Notes: generated by a model from the sequence alone, not told the origin. DNA of 64,000 bases from Candidatus Omnitrophota bacterium (GCA_016932855.1 JAFGCB010000016.1:554-64553), one strand, 5' to 3'. Numbered from the stretch's first letter, positions 48,668 through 57,628 are shown. Program-made: numbers and translations.

Positions 48668-49543
48668 TTAAAGACCTAGCTCATCTAAAAGCTGGGGAAC
48701 GTATTTATCCCAGCCTAAAGGCATTATATGAACGCCTTGACATAAAGGCTTTAACTGCTTTATAAGACGGGCGGCTATTTCAATAGATTTCTTTGGCCTG
48801 TCTTCTTTGGAAACCGAAGACATCTCGTCGATTAAGTCTTCGGGCACGTTTACTCCGGCAACGTTCTTATTCATAAACTTAGCCATGCCGGCTGATTTTA
48901 AAAGTACTATACCGGCAAGCACCGGAACTTTAAGGTGTTTTACCTTATCCATAAAATCGGCAAATCTATCCGCTTGGTATACAGCCTGAGTCTGAAAGAA
49001 GCGGGCGCCGGCTTGAACTTTTTTCTCCATCTTTATAATCTGAGGCTCAAGGGGCTCGGCTCCGGGAGTTACCACCGCACCTAAGAAAAAACTGGGACTT
49101 GACTCTAAGGGGTTTCCGACCATATCCTTGCCTTCGTTCAAACCCTTAGCTGCTTGAAGCAACTGCACCGAATCAAGATCATATACAGGCTTGGCCTGAG
49201 GATGATCTCCTAAAACAGGATGGTCTCCGGTAAGGCACAATACATTTTCAACCCCCAATGTATAAGCGCTTAAAAGATCCGACTGCAAAGCCAGTCTATT
49301 GCGGTCACGGGTAACCATCTGAAAAACCGGTTCCATGTCTTTTTCTTTAAGAAGAGCGCAAGCCGCCAAAGAACCGAATCTCATTACTGCCGATTGATTG
49401 TCAGTTACGTTAATCGCGGCGACTCTTCCTTTGAGATGCTCTGCTTCAGCTAAACACTCCTTAATATCTACTCCTTTAGGGGGACCGATTTCAGAAGTGA
49501 CGACAAACTCACCCTTATCTAATTTTTCCTTAAGAAGACTCAT
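48668..49543 (-). CDS. metF: Methylenetetrahydrofolate reductase (short MetF type).
   Basis: GEFVVTSEIGPPKG N-terminus and TIM-barrel MTHFR motifs. The ATG at 49541-49543 is preferred over the TTG at 49573. Confidence 0.8.
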   Translation of the reverse strand: MSLLKEKLDKGEFVVTSEIGPPKGVDIKECLAEAEHLKGRVAAINVTDNQSAVMRFGSLAACALLKEKDMEPVFQMVTRDRNRLALQSDLLSAYTLGVENVLCLTGDHPVLGDHPQAKPVYDLDSVQLLQAAKGLNEGKDMVGNPLESSPSFFLGAVVTPGAEPLEPQIIKMEKKVQAGARFFQTQAVYQADRFADFMDKVKHLKVPVLAGIVLLKSAGMAKFMNKNVAGVNVPEDLIDEMSSVSKEDRPKKSIEIAARLIKQLKPLCQGVHIMPLGWDKYVPQLLDELGL

Positions 49544-49833
49544 TCTTACACCTTTCTCTTCTAAAAAAATCAATAAATTTTCAGGATTTTTTGGATGGAT
49601 AGACTAGAATTATCCTATGCTAAATATTGAATTTTAACACTATAAGTATTATAAGTCAAGCGAAGACTGGACTTACGCAGATAAGCGAACTTAAGCTCGG
49701 TCTTCGCTTAACCCAACGCTTATTTCTACCGTATTTTCAGTTAAAATAAGTGCTGGTTCAAATTTGCAGGCATCCTTGAACCTAGGCTTTACTTTTACTT
49801 TGTTCCGCAAATCCTCCCCTCGCTGAAAAGACT

Positions 49834-49862
49834 TTGACAATTCGTTTTTATCCTATTAAAAT
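49834..49862 (+). promoter_or_regulatory. Sigma70-type promoter (TTGACA-17nt-TAAAAT) for the hydrogenase operon. The ATG is ~8 nt after the -10 box, which is consistent with a leaderless-type mRNA.
   Basis: Consensus hexamers read directly. No SD sits between the -10 box and the ATG. Confidence 0.4.
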
Positions 49863-49870
49863 AGGACACT

Positions 49871-50782
49871 ATGACCACCAAAGAAAACAACTCAAATCCC
49901 CCTACCGTTAAAGAAATTCCCGCAATTTGGCTGCCCGGTGCAGGCTGTACAGGATGTTCGGTATCGGTACTTAACGCGGTAAGCCCTAAGATTAAAAATT
50001 TGCTGCTTGATGAAATCGTACCCGGAACTAAGGTAAGTTTGCTTTTCCATGCCACTATTATGGCCGGCCAGGGAGAAATGGTAATTGAAGTATTAAAAGA
50101 TACCCAGAAAAGAAAGAAAGGTAAATACCTTTTAATCGTGGAAGGCTCTATACCTACGGCTGAAAAAGGAAAATACGGGACTCTGGGAAACCTTAAAGGT
50201 AAACACGAAACTATCTTGGGAAGCCTTAAGGAGCTGGGAAGCAATGCTCTGGCCGTAATTGCCCTGGGCGCCTGTTCCTCTTACGGAGGAATACCAGCAG
50301 CCCATCCAAACCCTACCGGATGTAAAGGCGTGAAAGAAGTCTTTAAAGAAAATAGTATAGAAACGCCGGTTATTAATGTTCCCGGATGTCCGCCTCATCC
50401 TGACTGGCTCTTAGGCACTATCTCGAGTCTACTTTTAGGAAGAATGCCGGAACTTGATGACGTTGGACGGCCCAAACTTTTTTACGGTACGCTCATACAT
50501 GAAAACTGTCCCCGCAGGGCTGATTTTGATAAAGGAAAATTTGCCAAATACCCCGGCGATGAAGGCTGTCTCTACCAGGTAGGCTGCAAAGGCCATTACA
50601 CCTACGCTGACTGTGCCTTAAGGCAGTGGAATAACGGGGTTAACTGGTGCATAAAAGCAGGCTCGCCCTGCTTAGGATGCGTTGAGCCGGAATTTCCCGA
50701 TTTAACCTCGCCCTTTTATGAAAAAATTACCACGGAGGACATAAAGTCGTGCATCACTACAAATACACAATCGACCCGATAA
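49871..50782 (+). CDS. [NiFe]-hydrogenase small subunit, with no Tat signal and no C-terminal membrane anchor (cytoplasmic, uptake-type architecture).
   Basis: WLPGAGCTGCSVSVLN, GACSSYGGIPAA, PGCPPHPDW and distal Cys motifs. The N-terminus lacks RRxFxK. Confidence 0.85.
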   Translation: MTTKENNSNPPTVKEIPAIWLPGAGCTGCSVSVLNAVSPKIKNLLLDEIVPGTKVSLLFHATIMAGQGEMVIEVLKDTQKRKKGKYLLIVEGSIPTAEKGKYGTLGNLKGKHETILGSLKELGSNALAVIALGACSSYGGIPAAHPNPTGCKGVKEVFKENSIETPVINVPGCPPHPDWLLGTISSLLLGRMPELDDVGRPKLFYGTLIHENCPRRADFDKGKFAKYPGDEGCLYQVGCKGHYTYADCALRQWNNGVNWCIKAGSPCLGCVEPEFPDLTSPFYEKITTEDIKSCITTNTQSTR

Positions 50783-52236
50783 CCCGGATAGAAGGCCACT
50801 TAGGAATCGAAGTAACCGTAGATAAAAATGTTATAAAGGAAGCTAAAAGCTCGGGAACTTTATTCCGGGGCTTTGAATTGATCCTAAAAAAAAGAGACCC
50901 CAGAGACGCAAACCGTTTAAGTCAAAGGGTCTGCGGGGTCTGCCCGGCGGTCCATGCCAAAGCCTCGGCCCTTTGTCTTGACGACGCTTTTGGCCTAAGC
51001 GGAAAAATAACTCAAAACGCAAAAATCATCCGCAACCTCATCCTCGGCTCAAACTTTCTGCAATCCCATATCCTGCATTTCTACCACTTAGCTGCCCTTG
51101 ACTACGTAGACGCAAAAAAAGCCGTGGGAGATATCGCTCCTTTTACTCCCCGCTACGAAGGAGATTACCGCCTGGATAATAAGATAAACCAACAAGCAAC
51201 AGCCCACTATATGCAAGCCTTGGACATACGGCGCAAAAGCCATGAGATGCTGGCAATTTTTGGAGGAAAGATGCCTCACAATGTAGGTATTATTCCCGGC
51301 GGAGTCACTGAAAAACCGACTGAAGATAAAATTACTAATTTCTTATGGCGCTTAAATGAAATCCGTGAGTTCATTGACAATTGCTATATACCCGATGTAA
51401 TCGCTGTTGCCAAAACCTACGGCGATTACCTAAAAATCGGCAAAGGCTGCGGAAACCTTCTTGATTACGGGGGATTTGAAATTAACGCAAATACATTTTT
51501 TAAACCAGGGGTGGTATCTGCGGGCTTGGAACTCTCAGAGTTGAATGCGGAGAAAATAACCGAAGACGTAAAATATTCCTGGTTCTCCGACCAGACAACC
51601 GGACTTCATCCTTCCCGATCAGAAACTGTACCCCAGACCGAGAAAAAAGATGCTTACTCATTCATTAAATCTCCCCGCTATGACGGCAAAGTAGTTGAAA
51701 CAGGACCTCTTGCCCGCATGGTAATTGGATACCTGCAGGATAAACCTCAAATTAAAAACCAAATTGACAGTCTTCTTTCTGAGCTTGATATCGCGGCTCA
51801 AGACTTATTTTCTGTAATGGGCCGCCATGCAGCCCGGGCAATAGAAGCTAAATTAGTTGCTGATACCATGGCCGAATGGATAGTTAAGTTAAATCCCGAC
51901 GAAAAAGTTTTTAGCGGATACCAGCTGCCGGAAACAGCCCAGGGAACAGGTCTTACAGCAGCCCCCCGGGGAAGCTTAGGCCACTGGATATCGATAAAAG
52001 ATTCTAAAATAGAAAGATACCAGATAATAAGCCCTACTTCCTGGAACGCCTCGCCCAAAGACGATAAAGGAAATCCCGGCCCTATTGAGCAGGCCCTTAT
52101 CGGGACAGAGATTAGAGATAAAGAAAATCCTTTCGAGGTAGTAAGGATAATTCGCACTTTTGACCCTTGCCTTGCCTGTTCCATGCAGTTGATTACTCCC
52201 AAGGGTAAAAAAATCGGAGAGTTCGAAGTTGTATAA
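50749..52236 (+). CDS. [NiFe]-hydrogenase large subunit.
   Basis: RIEGH, the RVCGVCPAVH L1 motif and C-terminal DPCLAC followed by a 17-aa extension. GTG start with GGAGGA upstream. Confidence 0.9.
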   Translation: MHHYKYTIDPITRIEGHLGIEVTVDKNVIKEAKSSGTLFRGFELILKKRDPRDANRLSQRVCGVCPAVHAKASALCLDDAFGLSGKITQNAKIIRNLILGSNFLQSHILHFYHLAALDYVDAKKAVGDIAPFTPRYEGDYRLDNKINQQATAHYMQALDIRRKSHEMLAIFGGKMPHNVGIIPGGVTEKPTEDKITNFLWRLNEIREFIDNCYIPDVIAVAKTYGDYLKIGKGCGNLLDYGGFEINANTFFKPGVVSAGLELSELNAEKITEDVKYSWFSDQTTGLHPSRSETVPQTEKKDAYSFIKSPRYDGKVVETGPLARMVIGYLQDKPQIKNQIDSLLSELDIAAQDLFSVMGRHAARAIEAKLVADTMAEWIVKLNPDEKVFSGYQLPETAQGTGLTAAPRGSLGHWISIKDSKIERYQIISPTSWNASPKDDKGNPGPIEQALIGTEIRDKENPFEVVRIIRTFDPCLACSMQLITPKGKKIGEFEVV

Positions 52237-52687
52237 AAAAGTTGTAATCTTAGGTCTGGGCAATATCCTCTTAAAAGATGAAGGGATCGGCGTCCATATT
52301 TCCGAGGAACTTACGAAATTGCGTCTTGGCGACAATATCGAGATTATTGACGGCGGAACCGCAAGCCTGGACGCGCTTATCCAAACAGCAAATTTCGACA
52401 AACTAGTTATTGTTGATGCTCTAAGGGCCGGTAAAAAACCGGGGACTATATATCGTTTCAACAGCCACCAGCTGCATGCGCACCTTGATTCAAGGAAACT
52501 GTCCTTGCATCAATTTAGCCTATTGGAAGCTTTATCAATAACTGAAAAAACAGGAAATTTACCCAAAGAAGTTATCTTTATAGGAGTTGAGCCTGAAAAA
52601 ATAGACTGGGGCCTGGAAGTAAGTAAGTCTGTAAAGGAAAAAATACCGGAAATTATAAAGTTAGTGACCCAGGAACTACCCAATTAG
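52229..52687 (+). CDS. Hydrogenase maturation endopeptidase (HyaD/HybD family).
   Basis: VVILGLGNILLKDEGIGVH...IIDGGT...LVIVDA pattern. TTG start overlapping the large-subunit stop. Confidence 0.75.
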   Translation: MYKKVVILGLGNILLKDEGIGVHISEELTKLRLGDNIEIIDGGTASLDALIQTANFDKLVIVDALRAGKKPGTIYRFNSHQLHAHLDSRKLSLHQFSLLEALSITEKTGNLPKEVIFIGVEPEKIDWGLEVSKSVKEKIPEIIKLVTQELPN

Positions 52688-52719
52688 TTTTTTTAGAAAC
52701 TAATTGAATGACAAATTAC

Positions 52720-52800
52720 AAATCCCAAATCCCAATAGATTTTGGATTTGGGATTTTGGATTTACTTGGGATTTGGTAGTATTGGAACTTGGGATTTGAT
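52720..52800. repeat. Family B repeat copy B3 (caaatcccaaatcccaat...ttggatttgggattttggattt palindrome plus the TACTTGGGATTTGGTAGTATTGG motif).
   Basis: Shares TACTTGGGATTTGGTA(A/G)TATTGG with B1 (20306-20330). Confidence 0.6.
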
Positions 52801-52862
52801 TTATCTGCCTGCTCGCCTCTTGGCGAAACCGAGGGCCGACAAGTAGGGTAAACGACGAAGAA

Positions 52863-53528
52863 ATGCTTTACACAGAAAAAAAACCAATAGCTGAAATACT
52901 AGAGCTGCTAAAGGGAAGTAGGAATATCTTTTTAGTGGCCTGCAACGGCTGTCCTGAAGCCTGTGAAACCGGCGGAAAAGCAGCTTTAGAAGAAATAGAA
53001 AAAGAACTTAAGACGAACGCAAAGACCGTTAGCGGAAGCGTTCTAATTGATTTTCTCTGCAATAAAATGCTGGTTACTACCCGGCTTTTCAGATGCAGCC
53101 AGCAAATAAACCAGGCTGATTGTATTCTGGTGCTTTCCTGCGGTATAGGCGTTCAAGCTGTATCAAGCATTCTGGATAAACCCGCCTTGCCTGCACTAGA
53201 TACAATCTCTATGGGCGGCTTTCAAGGATTATGGCCCTCAAGCGAACGCTGCGAAGAATGCGGCCAATGCTACTTGGGACTAACAGGAGGAATCTGTCCG
53301 ATTACTTTTTGCAGTAAAAGTCTCTTGAGCGGGCCTTGCGGCGGCACTAAAGACGGTAAATGCGAAGTCGATTCCGACCGCGACTGCGGCTGGCATCTTA
53401 TCTATGAAAGGCTGAAGAAAATAGGAAAACTGGATGTTTTAAAAAAACCGGCTAAACCCCGAAATTACCAAAGAATGCTTACCTCCAAAGAACTGCGGAA
53501 AAAAACCTTCTACGACATAGAAGAATAA
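52863..53528 (+). CDS. Cys-rich Fe-S/zinc protein, MetV-like (resembles the MTHFR C-terminal-domain small subunit of acetogen MetFV reductases). Paralog 1.
   Basis: CNGCPEAC N-terminal motif. C-terminal CEECGQC...GGICP..FCSKSLLSGPCGG..DGKCEVD.DRDCGW.LIYERL block, shared with 54178-54894. Confidence 0.45.
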   Translation: MLYTEKKPIAEILELLKGSRNIFLVACNGCPEACETGGKAALEEIEKELKTNAKTVSGSVLIDFLCNKMLVTTRLFRCSQQINQADCILVLSCGIGVQAVSSILDKPALPALDTISMGGFQGLWPSSERCEECGQCYLGLTGGICPITFCSKSLLSGPCGGTKDGKCEVDSDRDCGWHLIYERLKKIGKLDVLKKPAKPRNYQRMLTSKELRKKTFYDIEE

Positions 53529-53576
53529 AGCCTCGTTTTAATAAAACCATAAAACGATAAGCAAAAGCTTCTGACC

Positions 53577-54194
53577 TTACCCTAACAGTGAGCTTATTAC
53601 CACAAAGCCGCCTTTACCAAAACCCTGACAGGGTTTTTCAACCGACTTCATTTTACCGGGTAATTCAAACAAGGTTTGATAATAAGAAAATGTATTGAAT
53701 CCGGCTACTTTGAGCAAATCCTTTAATTCCTCGACTCCGAAAAATCGAGCCTGTTTATAGAATAGGCTTTTCTTTTTCCGATAAAATCTACCCAAGAAGC
53801 TGTCTTTATCTATTATGCCCAGGATTACCCTTCCGTCTTTTTTTAAGACCCGACCGGCCTCCTGTAATACCTTCAAGGGATTATCGACAAAACATAGAGT
53901 TATGATAATCGCCGCATAATCAAAGGTATTATCAAAAAAAGGCAAGCCTTCGCCAAAACCAAGACATACATTTACGCCCCGTCGCCTGGCTATCTTAAGC
54001 ATATTCAAAGAAGGGTCTACCCCAATGGCAATCTCTAAAGAAGCGGCAAATCTGCCTGTTCCTACCCCGATCTCTAAACCCCTTCCTGGAGGTATTGCTT
54101 TCCTCAAAGCCTCAATTTCCGAGAAATAGGCAAACTTGTTATTATCGTACCAGTAATCATATTTCTTGTAATATTTATTAAACAGAGCTTTCAC
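53577..54194 (-). CDS. Class I SAM-dependent methyltransferase (type 11-like).
   Basis: Motif I LEIGVGTGRFA and post-I acidic residue. GTG start. Confidence 0.7.
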   Translation of the reverse strand: MKALFNKYYKKYDYWYDNNKFAYFSEIEALRKAIPPGRGLEIGVGTGRFAASLEIAIGVDPSLNMLKIARRRGVNVCLGFGEGLPFFDNTFDYAAIIITLCFVDNPLKVLQEAGRVLKKDGRVILGIIDKDSFLGRFYRKKKSLFYKQARFFGVEELKDLLKVAGFNTFSYYQTLFELPGKMKSVEKPCQGFGKGGFVVISSLLG

Positions 54195-54894
54195 AACGGT
54201 AAATTCCTGCTAAAGATTTAAATTCAGCCTCGTTTGCCTCAAGCTTTAAGTTACGGGGCCTGCTCCACTTAGAATAGTCTTTCGGCTCTCGGAATTTATA
54301 CATTAAATCCAGTTTATTAATATTCTTTAACCTTTCATATATTAATTGCCAGCCGCAATCCTGGTCTCTATCCACTTCGCACTTACCATCCTTTGCACCG
54401 CCGCAGGGGCCGTTTAAAAGGCTTTTCGTACAAAGGGTTAGAGGGCATAATCCGCCGGTATATTCTACAATACATTCACCGCATAAAGAGCAATACTCCG
54501 TAATATAGTCATCATTGACTGTCTCGCCGCCGAAAATCGTGTCGCACCCGGGATAAACATTACCTGCGTCTGTTGCATCCATAACAGTATGTATGCCCTG
54601 TCCGCAGGCTAAAACTAAGAAAGAATCGGCTGCCCGGGTCTCTTGCTCATGTTCTTTATTAAGCAGCTTCTTGGCTACCGACAGCTTACAGAGAGAAGAA
54701 CCGCTGGCCGTAGCTGCGTAACCGGTAACCCTTACACCTTTGTTTTCCAAGCGGGACTTCATTGCCTTGGCTTGCTCCTCTCCGCCGGAACGGCACTTCT
54801 CGGCACAATTACCACAACCAACAACAAATATTTTTTCTCCCTTTTTCAAAAACCCAACTATTTTGTCCAATGGCTTCTGTATTGTAGCATGCAT
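54178..54894 (-). CDS. Cys-rich Fe-S/zinc protein, MetV-like paralog 2.
   Basis: CGNCAEKC...CSLCGEC...GGLCPLTLCTKSLLNGPCGGAKDGKCEVDRDQDCGWQLIYERL. It is collinear with paralog 1. Confidence 0.45.
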   Translation of the reverse strand: MHATIQKPLDKIVGFLKKGEKIFVVGCGNCAEKCRSGGEEQAKAMKSRLENKGVRVTGYAATASGSSLCKLSVAKKLLNKEHEQETRAADSFLVLACGQGIHTVMDATDAGNVYPGCDTIFGGETVNDDYITEYCSLCGECIVEYTGGLCPLTLCTKSLLNGPCGGAKDGKCEVDRDQDCGWQLIYERLKNINKLDLMYKFREPKDYSKWSRPRNLKLEANEAEFKSLAGIYRCESSV

Positions 54895-55212
54895 AAATCT
54901 TCTCCTTTTTTTTATCTACACCTTAACCATAATAATAATTTAAAAGTCCAAATCTGACCACCGACCATCGTAGAATATTTTCAGATATTTATAAAATTCT
55001 CTATCCATAGCATCCCTTTTTACGTCCTTTTCTTTAAAAGAATGTCTCTAGCCGGGGCAGTAACTCATTAAGATATCATTGACATGGCTTATCCTTTTAA
55101 ATATTTCTTCGCATTCTTTCTTCTTTTCATCTCTGCATTTATTCAAATGGTATTCATGCGTTAGTCGGCGGCAAGCTTTCTTCTTTTACTCTTTATTGCC
55201 GCTATTTTTAAT

Positions 55213-55413
55213 TTATCCTAAAGGGCAGGTTCCTGTCGGGCAATTGTTTGAGCTAAATGAGCTGGATTTACCCATACTAAATGCTGCATAAGTCTTCTCG
55301 ATATTTTTGCTCTTACACTTTTTGCATTTAAGCTCCGTTTTTTCAGCCGTAACCCCAATTAACAAATCAAATTTTTCACCACAATTTTTACAAATATAAG
55401 TATACAAAGGCAT
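55213..55413 (-). CDS. FmdB-family zinc-ribbon protein.
   Basis: MPLYTYICKNCGEKFD...LKCKKCKS: CxxC...CxxC at an N-terminal YxYxC. Confidence 0.55.
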   Translation of the reverse strand: MPLYTYICKNCGEKFDLLIGVTAEKTELKCKKCKSKNIEKTYAAFSMGKSSSFSSNNCPTGTCPLG

Positions 55414-55430
55414 ATCGCAACTCCCGATTA

Positions 55431-56060
55431 TTATGAACTAACCGTTTCCAATAATAAATTTTTGAATCTATCTAATGAGATTCCGCACGGCTCGATAGGA
55501 AGCCTCATCCAATCAGCAAATTCCAACACCTGTTGAGGGTGCTCCTGGCAGTACCTGTCAAAAATCCCTAGGGGATCTAAAAGAATCGCTTTATCGTGCT
55601 GGGGAAAGGTTTCATTGGCCTTGCCCTTATCCCAGTCTTTAAAGATTATCTTCCAATGTTCCATCCAGCCCCATGAGAGCCAATATACTTTCTGTCCGCC
55701 GCTTATATTTTCTCTCTCATCGGGGCTAACAAACATGTCAATACAGTTTTTTGCTTTTATTCTTACAGCGGAATTTACACTTTCCTGAATTATTCTTTCT
55801 ATGTCCCGGGCAGGATCTTTAATATCAATATAGCATCTGTTTCCGTAAATAACTATAATATTTTCCGAATATTTTTTTGCATTATTAATTTGTTTTTTAA
55901 GCTGTCCCTTGAGTTCACTGGGCACCTCATGCAAACCAGGCGCAGTATATAAAATCTTATCGGCGTTTAAAAATGCTGTCTGATTTAAAAATGCAAGCTC
56001 CCTGCGTAATGTACCGCAGGAAACAATGCTATACCCTTTAAAACCTGTTTTTCTATCCAT
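55431..56060 (-). CDS. Hypothetical protein, possibly DUF1638-like.
   Basis: Size and weak pattern only. There is no diagnostic motif. Confidence 0.3.
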   Translation of the reverse strand: MDRKTGFKGYSIVSCGTLRRELAFLNQTAFLNADKILYTAPGLHEVPSELKGQLKKQINNAKKYSENIIVIYGNRCYIDIKDPARDIERIIQESVNSAVRIKAKNCIDMFVSPDERENISGGQKVYWLSWGWMEHWKIIFKDWDKGKANETFPQHDKAILLDPLGIFDRYCQEHPQQVLEFADWMRLPIEPCGISLDRFKNLLLETVSS

Positions 56061-57336
56061 CTGCTGACTGCGATTTTTCTAAAGGGTGTGTCGGGGCTGT
56101 AATCTTTTCAATCTGTTTGCTAAGATATTTGTCGATAACGTCACTTACTATGGAATTTTCTTCTGCCCTATATATATCAACAAAATTCTCCTTTAGCATG
56201 TAAAAGGATATTTCCCCGATACGGGAAGTAAACAATACGTCTAACTTGTATTTGATGACGGCTTTTATGACTTTTATTCCTATATGTTTTGTTTCATGCA
56301 AGAATTCGTTATAATAAAAATCTTCGATTTCCGGAGTGCCGTCAGTAAGTTTAAGAATAATATAATACGGTGCCCGGCCAAAATGGCCGTGGACTTTCGA
56401 GCCTAAGCCATTCATATCCTTAACCGGAATAATCGCCGAAACAACCTGCTTTCTTGAAGGTTCAACATGCATAAATACGGATTCGACATTTTTATAATTT
56501 TTTATTATAAAGTTTTCTGTTTTATGTGCAAGTTCGTGCGCCCGGTACAAAGCAAGCGTAGGTGAAGTCTGAATTTTACACTCCACCATTTTAAAAGGGC
56601 CCGATTGGCGAATTTTAACCTCGCTTTTTCCCTTAACGCCGTATAGTTCGTTTATCTTTTCTTCAATTTCATATTGTAATTCAGGGTCTAAATTAGCGTC
56701 CATTAAGGCAAGTAATGCTGTCCATGCATTTTTGACGCCCAGCTTTACAACAAGAAATGAAATCAAAATTATAATAATTCCTTCTACGTAGGGAATCCTA
56801 AAAAATGCAAGCAAAATTCCTATCAAAACAACGACCGAAGTAAAAATATCAAGAAATGACTCTTGAGCGTTTGCAAGAAGCGATTGAGAGCCTATGGCCT
56901 CACCGATTTCTTGTTCTTTTCTGGCAATAAAGAATGCAGCCATAATAGACGCTAGACTTGCTGAAACCGGTGCAAAAGGAAATTCCTGAACCTCTTTTAG
57001 GAAAAAGAGCTTTTCATACCCACCTTTTAAAATCTCCCAACCAGCCCATAATATTACTATTCCGACTATAAGAGTAACTAAAGTCTCTGCTTTAAACAAG
57101 CCATAAGGGAACCGAGCGCTTTTCTTCTTGGAAGCCAACCAAAGGCCAAAGCCCGAAGCAAAAATAGCCAGAATATCGGCACCACTATGGAAAGCATCGG
57201 CTATAAGGATTTGGGAACCGAAAAGATGCCCTATGGCACCTTTGGCTACTGCTAAAAGGAAAGTTACCCCTGCCGCGATAAAGGCTGTTTTCTGTCCTCG
57301 TCTTAATCCTCTGGTAGTTTCTCTATCAACTTCCAT
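56053..57336 (-). CDS. Cation diffusion facilitator (CDF) transporter fused to a C-terminal NifX/NifB-like (dinitrogenase FeMo-cofactor-binding fold) domain.
   Basis: CDF TM region with HSGADILAIF-type motifs. C-terminus AIIPVKDMNGLGSKVHGHFGRAPYYIILK matches the Nitro_FeMo-Co family pattern. The ATG at 57334-57336 is preferred over the TTG at 57357. Confidence 0.65.
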   Translation of the reverse strand: MEVDRETTRGLRRGQKTAFIAAGVTFLLAVAKGAIGHLFGSQILIADAFHSGADILAIFASGFGLWLASKKKSARFPYGLFKAETLVTLIVGIVILWAGWEILKGGYEKLFFLKEVQEFPFAPVSASLASIMAAFFIARKEQEIGEAIGSQSLLANAQESFLDIFTSVVVLIGILLAFFRIPYVEGIIIILISFLVVKLGVKNAWTALLALMDANLDPELQYEIEEKINELYGVKGKSEVKIRQSGPFKMVECKIQTSPTLALYRAHELAHKTENFIIKNYKNVESVFMHVEPSRKQVVSAIIPVKDMNGLGSKVHGHFGRAPYYIILKLTDGTPEIEDFYYNEFLHETKHIGIKVIKAVIKYKLDVLFTSRIGEISFYMLKENFVDIYRAEENSIVSDVIDKYLSKQIEKITAPTHPLEKSQSADG

Positions 57337-57357
57337 GCCAACCTTAAATTCATCCAA

Positions 57358-57591
57358 TTATTCTGAAAAAAACTGGCGCGTCATCGGCACGCCGCATTTT
57401 GGACATCTGGTCTGAAAACAAGGAAGGCCCAATTTGTGAAACACGGTTATTCCGCAATTAGGGCAGATACAATTCTCCGGCTGTCTTCTTCGTCCCAAAG
57501 GTCCAAACCATCCCCTGCGTCCTCTTCTTCCCGGAAAACCTCTTCCTTGGCCTCCGCCTCTTCCTTGGCCTCTTCCGAATCCAAATGGCAT
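57358..57591 (-). CDS. Small Gly/Arg-rich protein with a C-terminal zinc ribbon (CxxC...CxxC).
   Basis: MPFGFGRGQGRGGGQGRGFPGRRGRRG... then CICPNCG...RCPKCG. Confidence 0.4.
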   Translation of the reverse strand: MPFGFGRGQGRGGGQGRGFPGRRGRRGWFGPLGRRRQPENCICPNCGITVFHKLGLPCFQTRCPKCGVPMTRQFFSE

Positions 57592-57628
57592 AACAATCTC
57601 CTTCTCTAAGAATAATTTTTATTGTCTA

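Noticed and set aside
50749-52236. Selenocysteine-containing [NiFeSe] large subunit
   Set aside because: Both Ni-ligand motifs read as Cys (RVCGVCP, DPCLAC) with no in-frame TGA, so this is an ordinary [NiFe] enzyme.
55079-55291. Plus-strand 70-aa ORF in the metV2/fmdB intergenic region
   Set aside because: It is hydrophobic and low-complexity, has no RBS and overlaps the minus-strand zinc-ribbon gene. It is likely spurious.
57358-57591. Assignment of the Gly/Arg-rich protein to DUF5320
   Set aside because: The RGG-rich N-terminus is reminiscent of that family, but the C-terminal CxxC...CxxC ribbon is not something I can confirm as part of it. It is kept as a generic zinc-ribbon protein.
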